Shown here piece by piece: positions 18,359-26,418 of a DNA stretch of 64,000 nucleotides. Under the pieces are notes generated by a model. It was not told where the DNA came from, ran no database searches, and saw nothing but the letters and a program-made list of their open reading frames with translations. This DNA comes from a virus, in the IMG/VR virus record IMGVR_UViG_3300037851_000102, positions 46,389 to 110,388 of that record; one strand, given 5' to 3'. A program made the position numbers and the translations under genes. Position 1 is the stretch's first letter, and each line of letters begins with the position of its first letter.

Positions 18359-20005
18359 ATGCCGCTTTTCACAGGTGATGCGTACAAGCTGATTCGTAAA
18401 ATTCCAGATGGCAAAATTCATTGCGTGGTCACAAGTCCGCCTTATTGGGGCTTGAGAAACTACGGCAACGATGCACAGATAGGGCTTGAGCCGAGTCCCG
18501 AATTATTCGTTCGCAAGTTTGTTTTACTCTTTAGGGAGATCAGAAGGACTTTGCGAAAGGATGGAACGATTTGGCTTAATATGGGTGATTCGTACTACGG
18601 ATCGGGCAAAGGATATGGTCACAATTGGGAGAACTCCCCAAAGCAGAAGACCAATGAGGGCTCGCTATTCTCTCAAGACATGAGGCCGCCTTCGCTCAAT
18701 AAGCATCCATATTTAAAATCAAAAGATCTGATTGGCATTCCTTGGAGAATCGCATTCGCGCTTCAGGAAGACGGCTGGTATTTGAGATCTGACATCGTGT
18801 GGGCGAAGACAAACTCAATGCCCGAATCAGTCCTTGATCGACCTACGCGCTCGCATGAATACGTTTTTCTTCTTTCAAAGAGTCCCGATTATTATTTCAA
18901 CCACAAGGCCATTCAAGAGGATTGTGTTTCAAACGAGAGAGACAAGGCTCGAATGAAAAACCCTGAAGAGCGACCGAAGGACAAAAAATATCAAAGCATT
19001 GTGGATCCAAAGCTCGCAGGCACAGGCTCGAAGATCGGCAAGTTTAATTCCGTTGGCAATGGAGAGAAGCGAAACAAGAGAGACGTGTGGTCTCTTGCGA
19101 CTTCGCAATTCAAGGGCTCCGCAGAAATCGTTGAATATCGGGCCGTTCGCCGCGATGAAGCCCAAGATGACACGCTATACATAGCGTCACCAAGTTGTTT
19201 AATCTATGGGGGTCTTTTTGACCTTCTTGCCACGGCTCTATGTGATGAACGTGAAGTTGACGATGTGATCCACAGGCTTGACATTGGTTCTCGTCTCTCT
19301 CAAGAGCCAAGGAGCGGTTTCGTTCATATTGACCAGCTCCGCGCTTGGAGCTTTGGTGGACGAAGTTTGGATTTGATTCTTTCTGAATGTTCTGCTTTTG
19401 CCAAGTTCCGTAACAATGGAAGCCGCAAAACGGGCCTCTTTGTTTCGACCAGTCTTTCATGTAAGCCTTTCTCTGAAAGACTCTCTTGCATTGGGCGCAT
19501 TTTAGAGAAACACGGCTTGTCTGAGCGGAAGCTGAACAATCTCTTGAACAATACTTTGGAATCCGATTTTTACGAAGATCAGATGAAAGAAATTCTTTCG
19601 AGCAATTTTGGCAAACATATTTCAGTAAAGACATCGGGCGTGTTTTACAAAAAAACAATTAGAAACGCAAACCACTTCGCGACGATGCCTGAGAAGCTCG
19701 TAGAGCCGTGTATTCTTGCAGGATGTCCGAGAGGGGGAATAGTGCTTGATCCGTTCGCTGGAGCGGCCACGGTTGGCGTAGTGGCTGAGAGGCTTGGTCG
19801 CAAGTTCATCGGCTTCGAGTTGAATCCAGAGTACGCGAAGATCGCGGAGAAGAGGCTTCAAGATGAGCGAGAAAAAGGGTTATTGGGAGCTAAGAAGAGA
19901 CCTCGAGAAGAGGCTGTTCAAACATCTGGACGAGAAGCTGCCGTTGGAATTGAAGATGCAGTTGAAGGGATCGCAAATCAAAGAGATTTTGATGCTCATC
20001 TCTGA
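18359..20005 (+). CDS. N4-cytosine/N6-adenine DNA methyltransferase (beta class) with ~184-aa in-frame insertion
   Basis: VTSPPYW, WLNMGD, DIVWAK, RNKRDVW...FKG, HFATMPEKLVEPCI, VLDPFAG, FIGFELNPEY. Confidence 0.9.
   Translation: MPLFTGDAYKLIRKIPDGKIHCVVTSPPYWGLRNYGNDAQIGLEPSPELFVRKFVLLFREIRRTLRKDGTIWLNMGDSYYGSGKGYGHNWENSPKQKTNEGSLFSQDMRPPSLNKHPYLKSKDLIGIPWRIAFALQEDGWYLRSDIVWAKTNSMPESVLDRPTRSHEYVFLLSKSPDYYFNHKAIQEDCVSNERDKARMKNPEERPKDKKYQSIVDPKLAGTGSKIGKFNSVGNGEKRNKRDVWSLATSQFKGSAEIVEYRAVRRDEAQDDTLYIASPSCLIYGGLFDLLATALCDEREVDDVIHRLDIGSRLSQEPRSGFVHIDQLRAWSFGGRSLDLILSECSAFAKFRNNGSRKTGLFVSTSLSCKPFSERLSCIGRILEKHGLSERKLNNLLNNTLESDFYEDQMKEILSSNFGKHISVKTSGVFYKKTIRNANHFATMPEKLVEPCILAGCPRGGIVLDPFAGAATVGVVAERLGRKFIGFELNPEYAKIAEKRLQDEREKGLLGAKKRPREEAVQTSGREAAVGIEDAVEGIANQRDFDAHL
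19110..19634 (-). CDS. HNH endonuclease with N-terminal zinc fingers
   Basis: CQNC..F...KYCSRDC and CAQC..F...FCGFHC repeats; ALERDENQCQACG...LHVHHI...NNLVTLCIACHLGLH. Confidence 0.9.
   Translation of the reverse strand: MSLLKYVCQNCSKEFLSSDLRKNRIPKYCSRDCSASAQTSRVSLKCAQCKRVFQRKAYMKDWSKQRGPFCGFHCYGTWQKQNIQKESNPNFVHQSSKRGAGQYERNRSLALERDENQCQACGSHRQLHVHHIEPWQEGQKDPHRLNNLVTLCIACHLGLHRGERPDIQRFLRSP
19118..19669 (-). mobile_element. HNH-endonuclease-carrying insertion inside the methyltransferase (boundaries +/- a few codons)
   Basis: splits the normally contiguous FKG-x-HFAT motif; AT-rich promoter-like end; contains antisense HNH ORF. Confidence 0.75.
19642..19670 (-). promoter_or_regulatory. 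putative sigma70-like promoter for the HNH gene (leaderless)
   Basis: minus strand TTGCGT-N17-TAAAAC, 7 nt before ATG, no SD. Confidence 0.35.
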
Positions 20006-20141
20006 GTATGTTTATCAGGATACTAAACTAAAAGAGAAGGTGTCAGCGGCTCAAGATAAAAACTGGTCGAAGATCAGCGCCGTGCTGGACTCAAGCACAG
20101 AAGAACAGGACGAATTTCTCGCCGCGTTAAACAAATTGTAA
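19863..20141 (+). CDS. hypothetical protein, C-terminal tag FLAALNKL*
   Basis: GAGG upstream; overlaps last 143 nt of the MTase; shared motif. Confidence 0.65.
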   Translation: MSEKKGYWELRRDLEKRLFKHLDEKLPLELKMQLKGSQIKEILMLISEYVYQDTKLKEKVSAAQDKNWSKISAVLDSSTEEQDEFLAALNKL

Positions 20142-20184
20142 AATTTCTCTGGGCAAACTGGATCGCTTGTGTTTCAATTTCTCT

Positions 20185-20490
20185 ATGGTTGGCAAGGTTC
20201 TATGGTTTGACATCAAAAAAGGTTTTGGATTCATCCGTTCTAATGGGGCGGACATATTCGTTCACTACTCAAAAATCGAGGCACCACTTGGTGAGTTTCG
20301 CGCTTTGACAGAAGGCGATTCAGTTGAGTTCGAGCTATTCGACGCGGATCGCGGAGATGGCAAGACCAAGCCCCAAGCCAAAAATGTAAAACTCATTGAA
20401 GGGGGGCAGCGCAATGCGATTCTACGAAAAGACCAAGATCACAATTTCAGAGGACACGACCAACGAGCCGAAACTGATTCGACTCTCTGA
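20185..20490 (+). CDS. cold-shock domain protein
   Basis: [15 protein letters not shown] (RNP1), DIFVHYSKI (RNP2), L.EGD.VEF, PQAKNV. Confidence 0.9.
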   Translation: MVGKVLWFDIKKGFGFIRSNGADIFVHYSKIEAPLGEFRALTEGDSVEFELFDADRGDGKTKPQAKNVKLIEGGQRNAILRKDQDHNFRGHDQRAETDSTL

Positions 20491-20770
20491 GGACATCGAA
20501 ACGACAGATGTCACTCTTTTAAAAGAGAGCATCTCCCGTCAAGAAACATTCCCAGTTGGCACTCACGCAATCTCTCTTGGCAACATTGCCCTTGGAAAAT
20601 TTCTTTATTTAAAACCGAAGCAAGACATGGAGTTCTCGATCAACGGCTCTACGCCAGTCCTCAAAGCAAGAGGCGGCAAAGCCACAAAAATGTGGGTTGA
20701 AATCACATCTTTAAGCATCACAATCTCAACTGACCCACAAGAGGTGTTGGTTTTCTGCGCAGGAGAATAG
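20414..20770 (+). CDS. hypothetical beta-rich protein, possibly virion-associated
   Basis: GGGGGG RBS before ATG 20414. Confidence 0.55.
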   Translation: MRFYEKTKITISEDTTNEPKLIRLSEDIETTDVTLLKESISRQETFPVGTHAISLGNIALGKFLYLKPKQDMEFSINGSTPVLKARGGKATKMWVEITSLSITISTDPQEVLVFCAGE

Positions 20771-20771
20771 A

Positions 20772-21488
20772 ATGAATGCGCAGATCGTAAAGTGGATTAA
20801 AATCGTAGTTATGAGAACGCTGCGGGAGAAAGGGCTCACGCGGCTTGATGTCTCCACTCTGATCTCCGCAGGAATGCTCGGTTACTCTCAGGCGCTAAGA
20901 AGGTTCGACAAGGATCGCGGTGTAAAATTCAAAACATTCGCAGAATATCGAATCAAGGGCGCAGTTCTCGATGAAGTTCGTAAAATGATTGGCGATGAAC
21001 GCTGCAAGACCAAAAGACCACGAAAGGTCGATGATTTTGATTTTGATCTTATTGGCGATGATGGCAGGCAGTTCGAGTACGTCGAATCGGCCATGTCAAT
21101 CCAAAGTTTCATGGCAAGCGCGGCACTTGATGTCCGCGAAAAAGAGATTCTTGAATGCCGCTATGCTGGCATGAACCTTAGAGAAATATCTCAAAAATTT
21201 GGCTTCAGCGAATCAAGGGCTTCTCAGCTTTTGGTGAAGATCAAAAAAGAGGTGTACGCTCATTACTCAAAAGAAATGAAACTTGATTTTGGCCTCGCCA
21301 CTCATCAATGCCCGTCATGTCATGGGGATAATACGGTTTCGGATCGCGTGGATGGGTTCCGTTGCGACATTTGCGATGCGGATCTCAGGATCGTCGATGG
21401 TGTTCCGATATTGGCTGTGACAGACGACGGATTATCGGGAGAGGATATCGATGTTCAACGATTTGCAAAAATTGGCCTCAACGCTTGA
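20772..21488 (+). CDS. FliA/sigma28-like RNA polymerase sigma factor with C-terminal zinc ribbon
   Basis: region 2 LISAGMLG...RFDKDRGVKFKTFAEYRIKGAVLDEVRK; region 4 REKEIL...NLREISQKFGFSESRASQL; CPSC...CDIC. Confidence 0.85.
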   Translation: MNAQIVKWIKIVVMRTLREKGLTRLDVSTLISAGMLGYSQALRRFDKDRGVKFKTFAEYRIKGAVLDEVRKMIGDERCKTKRPRKVDDFDFDLIGDDGRQFEYVESAMSIQSFMASAALDVREKEILECRYAGMNLREISQKFGFSESRASQLLVKIKKEVYAHYSKEMKLDFGLATHQCPSCHGDNTVSDRVDGFRCDICDADLRIVDGVPILAVTDDGLSGEDIDVQRFAKIGLNA

Positions 21489-22977
21489 TGAACACATCGA
21501 GAAGGGTCAAAAATTAGAAAAGAAATCTCGAATTGAAGTCTATGAAGAGCAGATCGCAAAAGGCCTCTCGCACGATCCCTTCATGCCTCACGAAATGTCT
21601 TACGATTCGCCATATTACAATCCATATCGATTGGTTCCTGGAGAGGGCTTTTTGCCGTATCCAGCGGAGTATTGGGAATCGCAGGGCAAAAACAAGGAAG
21701 ACTATCGGCTGACGAGCGAACTCTATCAGCGGATCGCGCCAGTGCAGAAGGCTCTTGATGGACTTTTTGGCCTTGGACGACTTCTTGAGAAAGATCTTGA
21801 GAAGGGCGGAGCCGTTCCAATTGGAACGATTCATACCTATGCTGACGGACAGCGTTATAAGAAAGTTCAAGAAGGAGTGTGGACTCCAGTCGCAGGCCTC
21901 GAAGACAAATCACACGCGAAGTGGCTTCAGCATAAAGATCCGAAAGTTCGACAGAAGGCTTCGGGCATGATCGAAGAACACGCTGGTAAGGCTGATAAGG
22001 TCAAACAATTGATCGAACAGCGCACACGCGAACAGAAGCATGGCGATGAGATCAAGCGACAAACGATGAAGGAAGCCATTGGGCACGTCCGAACGGCGAT
22101 GTCCAAGCTCTACGATGGCGATGTCCCTGAAGGCATGGAAGATCATTTTAAGAAGGTCGAAGATCAGGCTGGTATTCCGTCTGAACTCCAAAGAAAAATC
22201 GGTAAGCGTGGCAAAGGCCAAGGCCGTGAAATCAAGCTCTCAAAAGATGAGCTTCAGACTCTTTTGAAGTCTGGCAAGTACGCGCTCATCTCCGCTGGTC
22301 GAAATCCAGCGCACGAAGAGGATGTAAAGCTCGGCGATGATAAGATTCAAGAGCGTTATGATTCTTTAAAGAATGAACTTGTTGAGGGCGGATACGCATT
22401 CTCGAATGTCAAAGGTCACTACGGCGGCCAAGAAGACAGCTTCCTTGTGATGGTTCACGAAGCAGACAAAGAGTATATCAAAAAGCTCGGCACCAAGTTT
22501 AATCAGGATTCGATCATTTACTCTGAGAAGGGTAAACACGAAATGCACTTCACGACTGGCGAAAAAAAGGGCAAGCACCATAAAGGTGAAGGTCTTGATC
22601 CAAAGGCCGAAGGCGCAGAAGATTATTATTCTGAGGCCGAGACTGCGGATGGTGAGAAGGTGAAGTTCGCGCTCAATTTTGATTTTGCGAAAGAGTATGG
22701 TGAGGGTGGAGCGGAGAAGGTCGATCCTAAGAAGAACTTGAAAGAGATTGGCGACACGTTAAGCGGGTCGAAGAAGCATCATGTGACAGTGGACTTCACT
22801 CACGGCGGGCAGAAGTACAGTCACAAGTTTGAGAATGTATCTGCGACAACACATTCGGAAGCGACGGACAAGGTTCATGCGGCCTTGAGATCTAAACTTC
22901 CAGGTGCGCAGGTGTCGAGAGTGAAAGTTGAACAACAAAGATCGCCGAAGGGTGCAGAGGCACAGGGGGAAGTATGA
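21451..22977 (+). CDS. probable head-packaged multidomain protein with DUF3293-like domain
   Basis: ALISAGRNP...LKNEL..GGY....KGHYGGQEDSFLV...LGTKFNQDSII; several EK|G/S sites. Confidence 0.6.
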   Translation: MFNDLQKLASTLDEHIEKGQKLEKKSRIEVYEEQIAKGLSHDPFMPHEMSYDSPYYNPYRLVPGEGFLPYPAEYWESQGKNKEDYRLTSELYQRIAPVQKALDGLFGLGRLLEKDLEKGGAVPIGTIHTYADGQRYKKVQEGVWTPVAGLEDKSHAKWLQHKDPKVRQKASGMIEEHAGKADKVKQLIEQRTREQKHGDEIKRQTMKEAIGHVRTAMSKLYDGDVPEGMEDHFKKVEDQAGIPSELQRKIGKRGKGQGREIKLSKDELQTLLKSGKYALISAGRNPAHEEDVKLGDDKIQERYDSLKNELVEGGYAFSNVKGHYGGQEDSFLVMVHEADKEYIKKLGTKFNQDSIIYSEKGKHEMHFTTGEKKGKHHKGEGLDPKAEGAEDYYSEAETADGEKVKFALNFDFAKEYGEGGAEKVDPKKNLKEIGDTLSGSKKHHVTVDFTHGGQKYSHKFENVSATTHSEATDKVHAALRSKLPGAQVSRVKVEQQRSPKGAEAQGEV

Positions 22978-24371
22978 ATCAGTTAAAAAATCTTGGTATC
23001 ACTATCGGTGAAAAGAGCCTTGTCGAGCAGACAGACTTTTCTATTCACACGACAACGCAGCAAACGCATCTTCAGCCGATTCGTAAAGGTCTCGGCACAT
23101 CTGCATCTGATCGATTGAACGATCAGCTTAATAAGGGTGTGGCACTTGCAATGGGCAAGATGGAGTGGAAGGAGCCGCAATTAAAGCGCGATTCTCCTCA
23201 CGCTCCTGAAGAGCGCGATGGATGGGAGAAGAAACAAATCGCCAACAGAATGAAGGCGGATAAAAGGTTCAAGGAGAGAACAAAGGATGATTACGAAGGC
23301 ACACTTCGCAATACGCACGGTGAAGACTGGCATGATGATAACGATAAACAAGTTGAAGAGATGGTATCTTCAGCACACGAAGTTGATCGTGAGTTCGACG
23401 GTGAATCCCGTCCTGTACGCAGAAATCCTCGCGAATGGCAGCGCACAGGAGACGGAGAGAAAAACTACTCATACGAAGTGGAAGAAAAATCACTTTCACG
23501 CGAAGAACTCTTTCTCAAAGCAACGTCGTCGGATGGGTCAGATGAGAGCCCCGTAAAAAAGGGTCATCCATTCCCTAAAGTTGGAAGCAAAAAAGCCCCT
23601 CATCTTGAAAAAGATCCAGAGCAAACAAGAGAAGAGCGAGCAGAGAAAAAGCGTCTTATGGGTAAGGGCTGTGGAGTTAAGAAGGGCGCATTCAAAGAAA
23701 TGGATATCGAAAACGCTCTTGATTCTTTGGTTGAAATGGTGAGCGATCCTTATGCTGACAAGGCGGAAGAGCTTGCAAATCTTCATGAGAATTCAGAAGG
23801 AATCATCGAGCGTAGAGTTGAAAAATCTGCACCTATGAAGCGTTCTTTAAACAATCCGTTCTTAAAGGCCGTTGGGCCTGGTGGAATGGTTTTCGATTTT
23901 GGATATCGAACAGGCAATGCAATTGCAGATCGCGCATCTGATCTTTTGAATCAGCATGGTGATCCAGTTCAATCAAGCAACGCCAACTATCAGCGAAACT
24001 CTTATCAAGAGGCGATCACAGAATATGCCGTGAAGGGTGAGCAAAACTTTGAAGGCAAAATGTTCGGCAACATCGACAAGGGTTGGGACGAACAGCTTGG
24101 TAAATCGACAGATCAACAGGTGAAAGAAGCCTACGAGAAAGGCTTGCTCGATAACACTGGCCCTGCGGTTATCAATAAGCATAACGAAACACAAATTCAA
24201 ATGGGCGGAGAAGTTATCAAGGCGACATCTGAAACTGACGCCGCATTGATTAAGATGATGCTCGAAGAACAAGCGGCACAACGTCCAAACGAAGGCGGTG
24301 TTACAGTTGATGCTTCATTTGGTGGAGCGCAAACGGTGGCGATTGATACATCTGGCAACGTCTTAGAATAA
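22974..24371 (+). CDS. acidic head-assembly/core protein rich in K|[AGS] sites
   Basis: charged composition, next to portal, at least 12 hydrophobic-x-K-[AGS] sites. Confidence 0.55.
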   Translation: MNQLKNLGITIGEKSLVEQTDFSIHTTTQQTHLQPIRKGLGTSASDRLNDQLNKGVALAMGKMEWKEPQLKRDSPHAPEERDGWEKKQIANRMKADKRFKERTKDDYEGTLRNTHGEDWHDDNDKQVEEMVSSAHEVDREFDGESRPVRRNPREWQRTGDGEKNYSYEVEEKSLSREELFLKATSSDGSDESPVKKGHPFPKVGSKKAPHLEKDPEQTREERAEKKRLMGKGCGVKKGAFKEMDIENALDSLVEMVSDPYADKAEELANLHENSEGIIERRVEKSAPMKRSLNNPFLKAVGPGGMVFDFGYRTGNAIADRASDLLNQHGDPVQSSNANYQRNSYQEAITEYAVKGEQNFEGKMFGNIDKGWDEQLGKSTDQQVKEAYEKGLLDNTGPAVINKHNETQIQMGGEVIKATSETDAALIKMMLEEQAAQRPNEGGVTVDASFGGAQTVAIDTSGNVLE

Positions 24372-24382
24372 GGAAGATTGAA

Positions 24383-26185
24383 ATGGGTTTGGTTAAAGAT
24401 ACGCTGTCAAAGGCGATTGATTTTTACAAAGAGGAGCTTGCGCCACTGCGCTCTGATCTCCTCAAGGCTGGTATTTTAAAGCCAGATCCAAGCGCGTATG
24501 ATCCCAAGGCATCACTCGTTGACCCTTGGTCGTATGCAAACACGGCCTATGGATATAAAGAGAAGTATTCGATTCTTGATTATCCGAAGTGCCGACAAAT
24601 CACTTATGCAGATCCAGTTGTGGCGGCGGTTCTTCAAACTCGCGTAAATCAAGTGGCAGCATTCGCTCAACCTCAGCGCGACAAGTACAAGATGGGTTTT
24701 AGAATCCGTCTTCGTGATACTGAGAAAGAGGCGAGCGACGCCGAACGTGATCGTGCAAAAGAAATTGAAATGTTCATGCTTAATGCTGGAGTTCCAGAGA
24801 ATTTTGATGATACTCCAGAGCTTCGTCGTCGAGACAACTTTGAAACTTTCTTGAGAAAGATCACACGCGACACTCTCACGTTCGATCAAGTGAACTTCGA
24901 GATCGTTCCAAGAGTTGACGGCAAGCCTTATGCGTTCCAAGCGATTGATGCGGCAACGATCAGAATCATTCCAGACAAAAAAGAAAACATCGAGCAATTC
25001 GGCGCACCGAACGCGGGCGCAGGAAGAGTTTTCGTTCAATCGACTGGCACAGAAAGAGCGTTCAAAGAGTTCAGACCGAAGCATCCAAGATTCGCGCAAG
25101 TGATTCAGGGCACAGTCAGACACGTCTTTGATGAGTGGGAGCTTGCGCATGGCATACGAAATCCTCGTACTGACATCGCAGCGTATGGTTATGGGTTCTC
25201 TGAGATTGAGATGCTAATCACAACGATTACATCACACATGAATGCAGAGACCTACAACAGAAAGTTCTTCTCTCAGGGCTCTACAATCAAAGGTGTTATC
25301 ACATTTGAAGGCTCAGTCCCGCCAGACCAACTCGAAGCGTTTCGTCGTCAATGGTATCAACAAGTGACAGGAGTGAATAACTCTTGGAGAACTCCAATCA
25401 TGGCTCTTGGCAAAGAGAACAAGATGAATTGGACTTCTTTGCATTCTACAAACAGAGAGATGGAATTTGGTAAATGGCTTGAATACTGTATCAAGACAAT
25501 TTGCGGTGTCTTCCAGATGGATCCAATCGAAATTGGATTCGACATTGCGAAGATGGGCGCAGGCCAGCAATCATCTTCAGGTGGACTCGGTAACGGCAAT
25601 CAGGCAGAGCGTTTCGCATTCTCACAGGATAAGGGTCTTCGACCGCTTCTTGTTTTCTTGCAAACCATGATTAACGATTACATCGTTTATCGAATCGATC
25701 CAAACTATGAATTCGAGTTCGTCGGCCTCAACGTAAACTCTGAGAAGGACGATCTCGACAAATCAATTCAACAGGTGAAGGCTTTTAAAACGATCAATGA
25801 AATTCGTTCAGAGCATGATCTTGATGAATTGAGCTTAGAAAAAATCAAAAAGAATCCAGGCGAACTGATTCTTGATTCGTCTTTCATTCAGTACATCACT
25901 GGTCAAATTCAAGCAGAGCAAGACCCAATGGGCGGCATGGGCGGTGGAGATCCATCGCAGATGGGCGCAGGCATGGGCGGAGATCAGGGCGGCGAAGGCG
26001 GAGAAGATCAACAGGCTGAACCTGATTATGAGAACATGAGTCTTGAAGAGCTTCAGGCCGAGTACGACAAGCTGTCTGGCGGCGGAGATCAAGGTCAACA
26101 AGGTCAGCCACAACAGGCGCAGAAGCCTCAACAGCAAGCACAGAAGAGCTTCAGAAAGTCCTTCTTTAAGGAGATCAAGCTATGA
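24383..26185 (+). CDS. portal protein
   Basis: FETFLRKITRDTLTFDQVNFE, YGFSEIE, YNRKFFSQG, REMEF..W, IC.VF..DP.EIGF, SQDKGLRPLL, TINEIR. Confidence 0.93.
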   Translation: MGLVKDTLSKAIDFYKEELAPLRSDLLKAGILKPDPSAYDPKASLVDPWSYANTAYGYKEKYSILDYPKCRQITYADPVVAAVLQTRVNQVAAFAQPQRDKYKMGFRIRLRDTEKEASDAERDRAKEIEMFMLNAGVPENFDDTPELRRRDNFETFLRKITRDTLTFDQVNFEIVPRVDGKPYAFQAIDAATIRIIPDKKENIEQFGAPNAGAGRVFVQSTGTERAFKEFRPKHPRFAQVIQGTVRHVFDEWELAHGIRNPRTDIAAYGYGFSEIEMLITTITSHMNAETYNRKFFSQGSTIKGVITFEGSVPPDQLEAFRRQWYQQVTGVNNSWRTPIMALGKENKMNWTSLHSTNREMEFGKWLEYCIKTICGVFQMDPIEIGFDIAKMGAGQQSSSGGLGNGNQAERFAFSQDKGLRPLLVFLQTMINDYIVYRIDPNYEFEFVGLNVNSEKDDLDKSIQQVKAFKTINEIRSEHDLDELSLEKIKKNPGELILDSSFIQYITGQIQAEQDPMGGMGGGDPSQMGAGMGGDQGGEGGEDQQAEPDYENMSLEELQAEYDKLSGGGDQGQQGQPQQAQKPQQQAQKSFRKSFFKEIKL

Positions 26186-26418
26186 AGATTCACATTGAGT
26201 CTTCATCGCAAGAAGAGTTCGATCAGAAGCGCGAAGATCTTATCAAGGCGATTGCTGGTTCAAAGCTCAAAGTAAAAATTGAGAAGAAGGGTCAAAGGCT
26301 TGCGACAGATGCGCGTGAGCCTTATTACGAATCTCAAAAGACCGTTCTTAATCATTGGGACAAGAAATTCAAAAAGATGATCTCTGACATCAAGGCGGAC
26401 ATCGATGAAATCATTTAG
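26182..26418 (+). CDS. hypothetical protein
   Basis: AAGGAG RBS, ATGA overlap. Confidence 0.55.
   Translation: MKIHIESSSQEEFDQKREDLIKAIAGSKLKVKIEKKGQRLATDAREPYYESQKTVLNHWDKKFKKMISDIKADIDEII

Noticed and set aside
19118-19669. Intein in the methyltransferase
   Set aside because: No Hint block motifs, no His-Asn followed by Cys/Ser/Thr, and the coding information is on the opposite strand.
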